This document shows, piece by piece, positions 9,693 through 18,699 of a stretch of 64,000 nucleotides of DNA (the stretch's first letter is position 1; the number at the start of each line of letters is the position of its first letter). Both the position numbers and the translations under genes were made by a program. The notes under the pieces were generated by a model. It was not told the origin of the DNA and made no database searches. It saw nothing but the letters and a program-made list of their open reading frames with translations. Origin of the DNA: an uncultured virus (IMG/VR IMGVR_UViG_3300025141_016052) (Duplodnaviria; Heunggongvirae; Uroviricota; Caudoviricetes); IMG/VR virus record IMGVR_UViG_3300025141_016052. One strand, given 5' to 3'.

Positions 9693-10385
9693 ATGAATAC
9701 TATTGTCATAACCGGATCAAGCAGGGGTGTTGGATACTCAACATGTCAAACATTTTTAAATAAAGGGTGGAGAGTTATCGGAATATCAAGAACAGAAGGG
9801 GAGTCAAAAAATCTTTTAAAATTTAAAGACTTTCATTTTTACAGTGTTGATCTTTGTAATCCACAGTCAGTCAGAAAATCATTTTTAAAAATATATAAAG
9901 ATCATAAAAAAATAGATGTTCTTATAAACTCTGCTGCAATTTTTGAATCCATTAGATTTCTAGACCAGTCTTTTGATAAAATTGACAAGATTATAGATAC
10001 AAATCTAAAAGGAGTAATTTACTCAACAAGGTGTGTAATAGAAGGTATGATTTCACAGAAATCTGGTAAAATTATCAATGTATCTTCTGTTTCTGGGTGT
10101 CATGGAATAGAAAATCAAGCTGTATATTCATCAACAAAGCACGCACTAACGGGATTCGCAGACTCACTAAACCAGGAGGTTATTAGGCACGGAGTTCAGG
10201 TTGTAACAATTTGTCCTGGAGGAATAGACACACCCTTATGGAATAAGAGAAATCCTTATCATGGTGATAAAAGTAGACTACTTACCCCAGAAGATATATC
10301 ATCTCTAATATCCTTTATTGTTGATCAACCCGATAGAGTTGTATTTAAAAGCATTGTTCTCTATCCGGATAATGAGATCCATTGA
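9693..10385 (+). CDS. Classical short-chain dehydrogenase/reductase (SDR)
   Basis: TGSSRGVG, INSAA, NVSS, YSSTK and CPGGIDT. Confidence 0.9.
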   Translation: MNTIVITGSSRGVGYSTCQTFLNKGWRVIGISRTEGESKNLLKFKDFHFYSVDLCNPQSVRKSFLKIYKDHKKIDVLINSAAIFESIRFLDQSFDKIDKIIDTNLKGVIYSTRCVIEGMISQKSGKIINVSSVSGCHGIENQAVYSSTKHALTGFADSLNQEVIRHGVQVVTICPGGIDTPLWNKRNPYHGDKSRLLTPEDISSLISFIVDQPDRVVFKSIVLYPDNEIH

Positions 10386-10418
10386 TAAACTTATATTTTT
10401 TTAGAGTTACAATATTTT

Positions 10419-10913
10419 ATGAGATTTATATCACACAGAGGAAATTTGAATGGCGTAGACGACCTTAGCCATACAAGAGAAAACTCTCCCGATTATATTG
10501 ATTATGCAATTAGACAAGGCTTTGAAGTAGAGGTTGACATAAGATTGACATCTGGATATGTTCCTCCGGGAAATTTTTACTTAGGTCATGATCGTCCACA
10601 ATATGAAGTTAGCCTAGACTGGCTTATTGAAAGAAAAGATAAGCTATGGCTTCATACTAAAAATGTAGATTCTCTAAGGTGGTTCTTAAATTCAAGAATA
10701 GAATGGAATGTATTTTGGCACCAGGAAGATGATTACACAATTACAAGCAAGGGATACATTTGGGTATACCCTGGCAAGCTTCCGTGCTATGGATCAATTA
10801 TTGTAATGCCTGAAAAGACAAATCACACATTCAAATTAATTAGAATGTGTGGGGGCATCTGCAGTGACAATATAAAGAAATATTATGAAGAATTTAAAGC
10901 TGGTAATTTTTGA
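10419..10913 (+). CDS. Glycerophosphodiester phosphodiesterase-like protein (short form)
   Basis: ISHRGN, EN, VEVDIR, LGHD and GICSD motifs. Confidence 0.75.
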   Translation: MRFISHRGNLNGVDDLSHTRENSPDYIDYAIRQGFEVEVDIRLTSGYVPPGNFYLGHDRPQYEVSLDWLIERKDKLWLHTKNVDSLRWFLNSRIEWNVFWHQEDDYTITSKGYIWVYPGKLPCYGSIIVMPEKTNHTFKLIRMCGGICSDNIKKYYEEFKAGNF

Positions 10914-11502
10914 CTTAGACGGTGTTCTAGTTGATGCATGTGAGTGGCATAGAGTTGCTCTAAATGAAGCATTAAAGCAAGTATGCGACTATTCAATATC
11001 CAGTGATGATCATGAAAATACTTTTAATGGAATTCCTACAAAAGTAAAGCTAAAAATTCTTACAGAAATGGGAAAAATACCAAAGAGCTGTCATGAAGAA
11101 GTTTATAAAGTTAAGCAAAAAAAGACAAAAGAGATAATTTTACAAAAATCAAAAAATAGACCTGAAAAGATTAAAATGATTAATGAACTAAAAAGAGAAG
11201 GAATAGGTGTCTGCTGTTTTACAAATAGCATTAGAGAGACAGCGGAGCTTATGCTTTCAACATCTGGTGTCTTGGAATTGCTTGATATGATTGTGACAAA
11301 TCAAGATGTAGTACTTCCCAAGCCAGATCCAGAAGGCTATTTAAAAATATTAAATCATTACGGCATAAGCCCAGAAGATTCAATCATAGTGGAGGATTCT
11401 CCAAAAGGAATTGAGGCAGCAATTATGTCAGGATGTAGAGTTATTGGTGTTTCTGGAGCTGATGATGTTAATTTAGAATTATTTGGAGAATTTTTAAAAT
11501 GA
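10885..11502 (+). CDS. HAD-superfamily phosphatase
   Basis: FDLDGVLVD, TNS, KPDP and VEDSPKG. Confidence 0.9.
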   Translation: MKNLKLVIFDLDGVLVDACEWHRVALNEALKQVCDYSISSDDHENTFNGIPTKVKLKILTEMGKIPKSCHEEVYKVKQKKTKEIILQKSKNRPEKIKMINELKREGIGVCCFTNSIRETAELMLSTSGVLELLDMIVTNQDVVLPKPDPEGYLKILNHYGISPEDSIIVEDSPKGIEAAIMSGCRVIGVSGADDVNLELFGEFLK

Positions 11503-12209
11503 ATATTTTAATACCAATGGCAGGAGAAGGGAGCAGGTTTAGAAAAGAAGGCTATACATTTCCAAAACCACTGATAGAAGTCTGTGGAAAGCCAATGATA
11601 CAGTGTGTTGTTGAGAATCTTGATTTTGATGCAAATTATATTTTCTTAGTTAGGGCAGAGCACCTTTCAAAATATAACATAGAGTCTGTTCTAAAATTCG
11701 TAACAAACGGAAGATACGATATCGTTACTGTAGAAGAGCTAACAGAGGGAGCTGCATGCACTGCACTTCTAGCAAAAAATCTTATTGATAACGATGAGGA
11801 GCTATTAATAGCCAATTCAGATCAGATTGTCGAATATTCAAAAGAAAACTTTAATACTATTAGAAGGTTTACTAATTTTGATGCATCAGTTTTTACATTT
11901 AGAGCAGTTCACCCAAAATGGAGCTTTGTAAAGACAAATTCAAGAGGAGTAGTTACAGAGGTTGCAGAAAAAAATCCAATATCTGACATAGCAACTTGTG
12001 GAATCTATTACTATAGAAAGGGATCTGATTTTGTCAAATATTCAGAAAATATGATTAAAAAAGATATAAGGGTCAATAATGAGTTCTACATAGCACCCGT
12101 ATATAATGAACTAATATTAGATGAAAAATTACTTGTTCCGTTCTTTGTAGACAAGATGCACGGGCTAGGAACACCAGAAGATTTAAAAAAATATCTCTCT
12201 ATTCAGTAA
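11499..12209 (+). CDS. Sugar nucleotidyltransferase (BcbE-like/dTDP-glucose pyrophosphorylase-like)
   Basis: IPMAGEGSRF...PKPLI, TEGAACT, ANSDQ, EKNPIS, NNEFY and LGTPEDL. Confidence 0.85.
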   Translation: MNILIPMAGEGSRFRKEGYTFPKPLIEVCGKPMIQCVVENLDFDANYIFLVRAEHLSKYNIESVLKFVTNGRYDIVTVEELTEGAACTALLAKNLIDNDEELLIANSDQIVEYSKENFNTIRRFTNFDASVFTFRAVHPKWSFVKTNSRGVVTEVAEKNPISDIATCGIYYYRKGSDFVKYSENMIKKDIRVNNEFYIAPVYNELILDEKLLVPFFVDKMHGLGTPEDLKKYLSIQ

Positions 12210-12227
12210 TATATCTTAGGAGAAAAA

Positions 12228-12563
12228 ATGAAAAGAATTGAAAAGCCCTGGGGATATGAGATAATTTGGGCAGAAACAAATGACTATGTAGCAAAGGTTC
12301 TTCATATAAACAAAGGTCATAGATTGTCAAAACAGTATCATGAGATAAAAGAGGAGACAGTGTACATAGTGGAGGGAAATCTATATAATATCGATGATAA
12401 GGAAAATATTCAAAAATTTCTTCCAGGAGAATCTTTTCATGTCTTTCCTAACCAGGTTCATAGATTTTGTGCAAACGACTCATCAGTAACACTAGTTGAA
12501 GTAAGCACGCCACATCTTAATGATGTAGTTAGAATGGAAGATGATTATAGTAGACTAGACTGA
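12228..12563 (+). CDS. Cupin (mannose-6-phosphate isomerase type II-like)
   Basis: KPWG, LSKQYH..KEET, VHRF and EVST; AGGAG RBS. Confidence 0.8.
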   Translation: MKRIEKPWGYEIIWAETNDYVAKVLHINKGHRLSKQYHEIKEETVYIVEGNLYNIDDKENIQKFLPGESFHVFPNQVHRFCANDSSVTLVEVSTPHLNDVVRMEDDYSRLD

Positions 12564-12565
12564 TT

Positions 12566-12937
12566 ATGAAAGTACAAAGGCCTAAAACAGTTATATGTGA
12601 CATAGACGGAACCCTAATAGAGCACAGGGGTGCAGCTTCTAGACATATGTCAAATAGCCCAAAAATTTTACCATATGTCATAGACAGACTTGAAGAATGG
12701 GACCTTAAAGGATATAGCATAGTTCTTTTGACAGGTAGGAAAGAGTCTATGAGAAACAAGACAGAGCAACAATTAGAAATGTGTGGAATATTCTACGATC
12801 AGCTTATCATGGGTGTTGGCGGAGGACAGAGAATCTTGATAAACGATCTTAAGCCTACTGATAGTGATCCCAATAATCCTACGGCAGTTGCAATTAATTT
12901 AAAAAGAAATGAGGGACTGGAAAATGTCAAAATATGA
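12566..12937 (+). CDS. Small cap-less HAD phosphatase (BcbF/EcbF-like)
   Basis: ICDIDGTL, LTGR, YDQLIMG and IND. Confidence 0.75.
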   Translation: MKVQRPKTVICDIDGTLIEHRGAASRHMSNSPKILPYVIDRLEEWDLKGYSIVLLTGRKESMRNKTEQQLEMCGIFYDQLIMGVGGGQRILINDLKPTDSDPNNPTAVAINLKRNEGLENVKI

Positions 12938-13394
12938 CTATATTAAAGATGGATGGATAAAAAAAGCGCTCGAGGACTACAAGGAACCAATTGATAGCAA
13001 AAAGTCAAATGTTCTAACACTAAGTGAATATACGGTCAATAAGCCCTGGGGTTTTGAAAAATGGATGGAGTTAAATGAATTTTATGCATTTAAGCTAATT
13101 CATATGAAAGCTGGAAATAGAAGCTCAATGCAAAGACATGAAAAGAAAGTTGAAGCAAATTATGTCTTTGAGGGAACTGCTGAAGTTTTATTAGAAAATG
13201 AAAGCGGTGAAATGGAGTTATTTACATTTGGACCTGGGACTGGATGGGTAGTTCCTGTAGGTAGAAAGCATCGTGTCATTGCAAAGACAGACTATACAGC
13301 AGTTGAAGTCTCCACACCACATCTAGATGATGTTCAAAGATTTCAAGATGACACCAATAGAGATGACGGAAAGATTGAATCTGAGCATGGATGA
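12924..13394 (+). CDS. Second cupin (paralog of 12228-12563)
   Basis: NKPWG, SSMQRHEKKVE, KHRV and EVSTPHLDDV. ATG 12924 preferred over 12909. Confidence 0.8.
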   Translation: MSKYDYIKDGWIKKALEDYKEPIDSKKSNVLTLSEYTVNKPWGFEKWMELNEFYAFKLIHMKAGNRSSMQRHEKKVEANYVFEGTAEVLLENESGEMELFTFGPGTGWVVPVGRKHRVIAKTDYTAVEVSTPHLDDVQRFQDDTNRDDGKIESEHG

Positions 13395-14967
13395 AAATAT
13401 TGAAACATTTAAGCTTTGCATACTTGCCGCGGGAAGGGGTACAAGAAATACTTCAATAGTTGGACTTCATAAAGCCCTTCTTCCTTTAGAAAATAGACCC
13501 GTTATATCTCATATACTGGATAAATTTCCAGAAAATATTGAAGTCATTATACCAGTTGGATATAGGTCAGATCAAATAAAATCATACTTAAACTACGTAT
13601 ATTCTAAAAAAAATATTAAATTTATAGATATTGATAATTTTGATGGCATGGGATCAGGCCCGGGATACAGCTTGCTTCAATGCAAAGACCATCTTCAATG
13701 TCCATTTGTATTTACCTCAGCTGATACTGTACTAGGAGATGATGACTTTATAGACAGTGTTATTGAAAATTGGGTTGGAGTATCAAAAATAGATAGAGAT
13801 TTATCATCTAGCTATTGTCTTACAAAAGGGTCAGGGACCCTAGATGACTTTTACTACGGAAAAGGTGATACTGCATTTATTGGAATTGCAGGTGTTAAAG
13901 ATTATCAAAATTTCTGGAACTCTCTTGAGAATAATGTCATTATAAAGAATGAAAAGCAAGTCATACACGGATTTGATAATCTTGAGAACATTAAGCTAAA
14001 ATTACTTGGATGGTATGATACAGGAAATAATGAGTCATACGAGCTAGCTAGAAAAAAATTTAAAAATGAAGTTGTTGCAAATAAAAGCTCTGAAGCGATC
14101 TTTATTGATAATGAATGTGTTGTCAAGTATTTTGATGATGAAAATAAATCTTCTCTAAGGCTTGAACGATCCAAGTTTATTAAAGATACATGCCCAGAAA
14201 TTACAAAGTTAAATTCAAATATGTTTGGATATTCATTTATAAAAGGTGAGATGCTTTCAAATCTCAGGAGTGAAAGATATTTTTATAGCTTTTTAGATTT
14301 TTTTAATGAAAACTTTTTATCGAAAAGATTTAAAAAAGATGATTTATTTTTAAAAGACTGTGCCTCAATGTATCAAGATAAAACAAGAGAAAGAATGAAA
14401 TATTTCTCAGGAACATCTCTTGACAATATACGAAATATAAATGGAGTCTGTGTAGATACAATTGAAAATATATTTTCTAAAATTGACTGGGATTTAATAT
14501 ATAAAAAATCAATTCCATCTTATTTTCATGGAGACTTACAGCCGGAAAATATAATTTATGATATTTCAAATGAGAGATTTCTAACAATAGACTGGAGAGA
14601 GTCTTTTGGAAAAAGTATAAGCATAGGTGATGCATACTATGATCTTGGAAAATTATATCATGGACTCGTTATAAATGGGCAAACAATACTTAAGGGAAAT
14701 TATTTTATAAGCGAATCAGGAGATACAGCTTCAATTGAATTTCCAATTAGAAGTAATTTATTTTCTCAGCTAGTTGTACTAAGAGAATTTTGTGAGAATA
14801 ATAACATATGTTGGCTAAATGTTAGACTTGCTGGTGTTTTAAATTTTATTAATATATCTCCACTTTATCAAAATTTTGATGGTGGAAAGTATGGTAGATT
14901 TTTATTTCTTCTAGGAAAACTATTGCTAACAAGAATTATAAAAAATAAACCAGGAGAATTAATTTAA
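13387..14967 (+). CDS. Nucleotidyltransferase-kinase fusion (LicC-like N-terminus plus APH/choline kinase C-terminus)
   Basis: ILAAGRGTR...KALL, SADT and WYDTG, then HGDLQPENI, IDWRE and YDLGKL. Start 13387 overlaps the upstream stop. Confidence 0.8.
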   Translation: MDENIETFKLCILAAGRGTRNTSIVGLHKALLPLENRPVISHILDKFPENIEVIIPVGYRSDQIKSYLNYVYSKKNIKFIDIDNFDGMGSGPGYSLLQCKDHLQCPFVFTSADTVLGDDDFIDSVIENWVGVSKIDRDLSSSYCLTKGSGTLDDFYYGKGDTAFIGIAGVKDYQNFWNSLENNVIIKNEKQVIHGFDNLENIKLKLLGWYDTGNNESYELARKKFKNEVVANKSSEAIFIDNECVVKYFDDENKSSLRLERSKFIKDTCPEITKLNSNMFGYSFIKGEMLSNLRSERYFYSFLDFFNENFLSKRFKKDDLFLKDCASMYQDKTRERMKYFSGTSLDNIRNINGVCVDTIENIFSKIDWDLIYKKSIPSYFHGDLQPENIIYDISNERFLTIDWRESFGKSISIGDAYYDLGKLYHGLVINGQTILKGNYFISESGDTASIEFPIRSNLFSQLVVLREFCENNNICWLNVRLAGVLNFINISPLYQNFDGGKYGRFLFLLGKLLLTRIIKNKPGELI

Positions 14968-15599
14968 TGAGTCATAGTCTTATAGACCTCTATAAATCAG
15001 AGTCAGCATCAGTTGTAACATCGTTAGATAATAATGAAATTAATGCGTTTCTTAATATGGTGCTAGATGCCTATGAGAAAGAGAGTAAAATATTTGCATG
15101 TGGAAACGGAGGAAATGTTGCCTCTGTTGGAAACCTAGTTGTAGATCTTAACATGCACCCATTCGTATCAGACGACAAGTCTTCTAGAAATACATCTAGA
15201 AATAAATTTTGTTCAATAAGCCTCTGTCAGTGTCCTGCAACAATTACTGGAATTTCAAACGACCTTGGATTTGAGCATATCTTTACAGAGCAGCTAAGAT
15301 ATCAAGGGTCTAAAGGCGATATTTTGCTTGGAATCACTGGATCAGGTAATTCAAAAAATGTTATTAATGCATTAAAGTTTGCAAAGACAGTGGGGATGAA
15401 ATGTATTGTGATTACTAGAAGTACAGGTCACTGTCTTGCTGATGATGTATGTGATCTTGTTGTAAGGGTGAGAGGGGAATCTACATTTCCGGGCCAGACT
15501 GGAAAGAACAATAATAATTTTCACTTTGAAGACTGTATTTCAAAAATTACACACATTGCTGTAGGTATTCTTAAGAAAAGAGTCCAAGATGGAAATTAG
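14967..15599 (+). CDS. gmhA: SIS-domain sugar-phosphate isomerase, divergent GmhA-like
   Basis: ACGNGG, TGISNDLGFEHIF and GDILLGITGSGNSKNV. Several canonical metal ligands look altered. Confidence 0.7.
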   Translation: MSHSLIDLYKSESASVVTSLDNNEINAFLNMVLDAYEKESKIFACGNGGNVASVGNLVVDLNMHPFVSDDKSSRNTSRNKFCSISLCQCPATITGISNDLGFEHIFTEQLRYQGSKGDILLGITGSGNSKNVINALKFAKTVGMKCIVITRSTGHCLADDVCDLVVRVRGESTFPGQTGKNNNNFHFEDCISKITHIAVGILKKRVQDGN

Positions 15600-16368
15600 T
15601 CCAAATAATATTAGAAAAATATCTCTTGAGATGATTTATAATTCTAAATCAGGGCATGTTGGGGGATCTTTTTCTATTGCAGAGATAGTCTCATACCTTT
15701 ATAACAACTATCAACTTTCCTCAGGCAAAGAGGACAAGCTTATACTATCTAAGGGGCATGCTGTCCCTGCCATCTATGCAGCTCTTCATCTATCTGGGGT
15801 AATTACCAAAGAAGAAATATTGACTTTTAGAGAGATAGACTCCAGGCTTCAGGGACACCCAGATAAGGTTAGACTGCCAAATGTAGTAGCCACTACCGGA
15901 TCTCTTGGACAGGGGTTGAGTATTGCCATTGGGCATGCACTATCACATAAACTAAGAGGCAATAGTCAAAAAGTTTTTTGTATTGTCGGAGATGGTGAAA
16001 TGCAAGAGGGTCAAGTTTGGGAATCAATAATGCTCGCGCCAAAATTTAAACTAGATAATCTTTATTTTATAATTGACTCTAACGGTGCTCAAAATGATGG
16101 AAACGTCAAAGATATTCTTTCTTTAGATATCGGCAAGCCCATTAAAGATAAAATTCAATCTTTTGGCTGGAACACTTCAGACATAGATGGGCATAGCGTC
16201 TCTGAAATTGACATAGCTGTTAAAAACGTAATTAAGGGCGTTCCCAGCTGTATAATTGCTAACACAACCAAGGGTAGGGGAGTATCTTTTATGGAAACCT
16301 ATGAATGGCATGCCAAGGCACCAAATGATGAAGAGTTTAAACTTGCAATACAGGAGCTATCTAAATGA
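15589..16368 (+). CDS. Transketolase N-terminal (TPP-binding) subunit
   Basis: SGHVGGSFS, LSKGH, LQGHP, TGSLGQG, GDGEMQEG and WH. Confidence 0.92.
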   Translation: MEISPNNIRKISLEMIYNSKSGHVGGSFSIAEIVSYLYNNYQLSSGKEDKLILSKGHAVPAIYAALHLSGVITKEEILTFREIDSRLQGHPDKVRLPNVVATTGSLGQGLSIAIGHALSHKLRGNSQKVFCIVGDGEMQEGQVWESIMLAPKFKLDNLYFIIDSNGAQNDGNVKDILSLDIGKPIKDKIQSFGWNTSDIDGHSVSEIDIAVKNVIKGVPSCIIANTTKGRGVSFMETYEWHAKAPNDEEFKLAIQELSK

Positions 16369-17294
16369 AAGCAACTAGAGATGGTTTTGGTGAGGGACTT
16401 GTAGACATCGGATCTAAAAATAGTGATATAGTCGTATTAAGCGCTGATCTATCTAAAGCTACTCGAACTGCAAAGTTTGCAAAAGAGTATCCAGATAGAT
16501 TTTTTGAATGTGGGATTGCTGAATGTAACGCGATAGGGATTGCATCAGGACTTTCTGAAAATGGATTTTATCCAGTTTTTTCTTCTTTTGCTTCCTTTCT
16601 TACTGGAAAATATGATGTAATCAGAGTTTCTGCGTGTTACTCAAATGCAACTATGCTCTTGGTTGGCACACATGCAGGTCTGGCAATTGGAAAAGATGGT
16701 GTAACTCAAATGGGGCTTGAGGATGTCTCTCTTATGAGGGCAATTCCAAACATGAAAGTATTTCAACCAGCAACATCGAATCAGACAGTTCAAATGCTTA
16801 GGGAGATAGTAAAGACAACAGGGCCCTCTTATCTAAGGATAGGAAGACAGCCTGTTCCAGAGTGCTTTTCCACTCATGAGGATATTTCCCTCGGAGAGGC
16901 GCAAATTATTTCTGATGATGGTGAATCAGATATATGCTTTGTTACATCTGGGTGCATACTTCACGATGTCATAGAGGCAGCAAGCTTTTTGAGAAGTCGT
17001 AATAAAAAAATATCTATTCTTAATTTTCATACAATCAAACCTTTCGACAATATCACATTGGAAAAATTTGCTAAAAGATCCAGTCTTATTGTATCTGTTG
17101 AAGATCATAGTACATCTGGAGGTCTAGGATCTCTTGTATGTGAATCTTTGTCTCAAAGCTATCCATCCAGAGTTTTAAGAATAGGGCTGGATGACGTATT
17201 TCCAGAATCAGCTCCTCCAAAAGATTTATACAAAAAATATGGACTTGATTCAGATGGAATAGTCTCTAAAATAGAAAAATTTATTAAAAGATGA
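16365..17294 (+). CDS. Transketolase C-terminal subunit
   Basis: SADL, ECGIAE, GKDGVTQ, YLRIGR, IKPFD and EDH...GGLGS. Confidence 0.92.
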   Translation: MKATRDGFGEGLVDIGSKNSDIVVLSADLSKATRTAKFAKEYPDRFFECGIAECNAIGIASGLSENGFYPVFSSFASFLTGKYDVIRVSACYSNATMLLVGTHAGLAIGKDGVTQMGLEDVSLMRAIPNMKVFQPATSNQTVQMLREIVKTTGPSYLRIGRQPVPECFSTHEDISLGEAQIISDDGESDICFVTSGCILHDVIEAASFLRSRNKKISILNFHTIKPFDNITLEKFAKRSSLIVSVEDHSTSGGLGSLVCESLSQSYPSRVLRIGLDDVFPESAPPKDLYKKYGLDSDGIVSKIEKFIKR

Positions 17295-17971
17295 TCAATA
17301 AAGATACACAGATGTGCATATCTCTTGCAAAAAAAGCAGGAAACTTTGGCTGCACAATTCACAATGCTGCATTTAAGCATATGGGTTTAAACTTTATCTA
17401 CAAGTCATTTTCAACTAATGATATTGAAAAATCAATAGACGGAATAAGAGCGCTAGGAATAAGAGGTGCAGGTATTACAATGCCGTACAAGATAAGTGTA
17501 CTTGACTGTGTTGATAAAATATCAGAAGATGTTCAAAAAATAGGATCTTCTAACACTATAGTAAACGATAATGGAGTACTAACTGCGTTTAATACAGATT
17601 CATTTTCAGCATATGAAACTTTAAAAAAATATTCTAATGTTAATGAGCTATTCATACTTGGAAATGGAGGGTTTTCCAAAGCTGTTCAGTTTTCTGCAAA
17701 TAAGCTTTTTAGCTCAGTAAGTGTTATAACGAGAAAGAACTGGAAAGAAATTTCTGACATAAGAGATGGTGTTATCTTTAACTGCACACCCGTTGAAAAC
17801 ATTGTAACTCACAATAGTAATACATTTATAGATTGTATAATATCTACATCTTCTGGAAGAGAGATATCTCTAATACAGGCATCTAGACAGTTTGAACTCT
17901 ATACGGGAACCAGCTTTCCAATGAACTATATTGAGAATAATTTTGATCAGTTAATGAGAATAATTCCATGA
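17291..17971 (+). CDS. Shikimate dehydrogenase-like protein, SdhL subfamily
   Basis: The N-terminus MINKDTQMCISL...NFG..HN...LNFIYK...RALGIRG...MPYK...NTIVNDNG..AFNTD matches my recollection of H. influenzae HI0607/SdhL. It also has GNGG and NCTP. Confidence 0.8.
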   Translation: MINKDTQMCISLAKKAGNFGCTIHNAAFKHMGLNFIYKSFSTNDIEKSIDGIRALGIRGAGITMPYKISVLDCVDKISEDVQKIGSSNTIVNDNGVLTAFNTDSFSAYETLKKYSNVNELFILGNGGFSKAVQFSANKLFSSVSVITRKNWKEISDIRDGVIFNCTPVENIVTHNSNTFIDCIISTSSGREISLIQASRQFELYTGTSFPMNYIENNFDQLMRIIP

Positions 17972-18699
17972 AAAAGGTTGCTGTCTGTATTTCAGGTCAC
18001 ATGAGATCATTTAAAGACGGATATGCCTGCTTAGAAAGATTTTTAATTAGCAAAAATCCTAAATTTAAATTTTATTTCTTTATTGATACATGGAATAGAA
18101 TTGATTGGAGAACTGATGGCAAATTTAATCTAACTAAGAATTTTTTAAATGAAATTTGTGAGATATATGATCCTGTGTATATTAACATTGAAGATGAAAA
18201 AGAGTGGGATACAAGTAGGTTTATGAGGTATGTTGATGATATTACATGTCTTAAAAAAGGATACGGTGGAATAAGATCAAAGGGTGAGCATATTCCATCA
18301 ATGTACTACAAGATTAATTCATGCAATCAAGCAAAGATCAAATATGAGAAAGATAATAATATAATCTTTGATGCAGTAATAAGACATAGATGCGACTTTA
18401 GCCTTTCTATGCCTGTCTATATAGAAGAAATTCTAGAAAGATTTAATGACACAATATTTGTTCCAAGGCTAGATAATCCCCCAAAGTATAGCTGCACATC
18501 AAAAGGATATCTAAAGGATATGTTTGCAATATCTTCTTCAGAGAATATTGACTATTATTCATCTGTCTATAGAGATCTCGATAAAATTTGTGAGCAAATA
18601 AAAGAGTTTAGACCAGAGCCAATTCTTTATAGGCATTTAGAAAATAATGATAAAATTCAATATTGTGAGATAGAATATAGCTGGGATATAATAGAATGA
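17968..18699 (+). CDS. Hypothetical glycan-associated protein (putative GT-A-like transferase)
   Basis: VAVCISGHMR, SMYYK, FDAVIRHRCD and DMFA..S, a pattern I recognise from phage and polysaccharide loci. Function unverified. Confidence 0.5.
   Translation: MKKVAVCISGHMRSFKDGYACLERFLISKNPKFKFYFFIDTWNRIDWRTDGKFNLTKNFLNEICEIYDPVYINIEDEKEWDTSRFMRYVDDITCLKKGYGGIRSKGEHIPSMYYKINSCNQAKIKYEKDNNIIFDAVIRHRCDFSLSMPVYIEEILERFNDTIFVPRLDNPPKYSCTSKGYLKDMFAISSSENIDYYSSVYRDLDKICEQIKEFRPEPILYRHLENNDKIQYCEIEYSWDIIE

Noticed and set aside
8543..17971. Shikimate (aromatic amino acid) pathway, aroB plus aroE
   Set aside because: The cyclase has EEVS rather than DHQS motifs, the dehydrogenase is SdhL-type, and no DAHP synthase, AroD, AroK, AroA or AroC is present.
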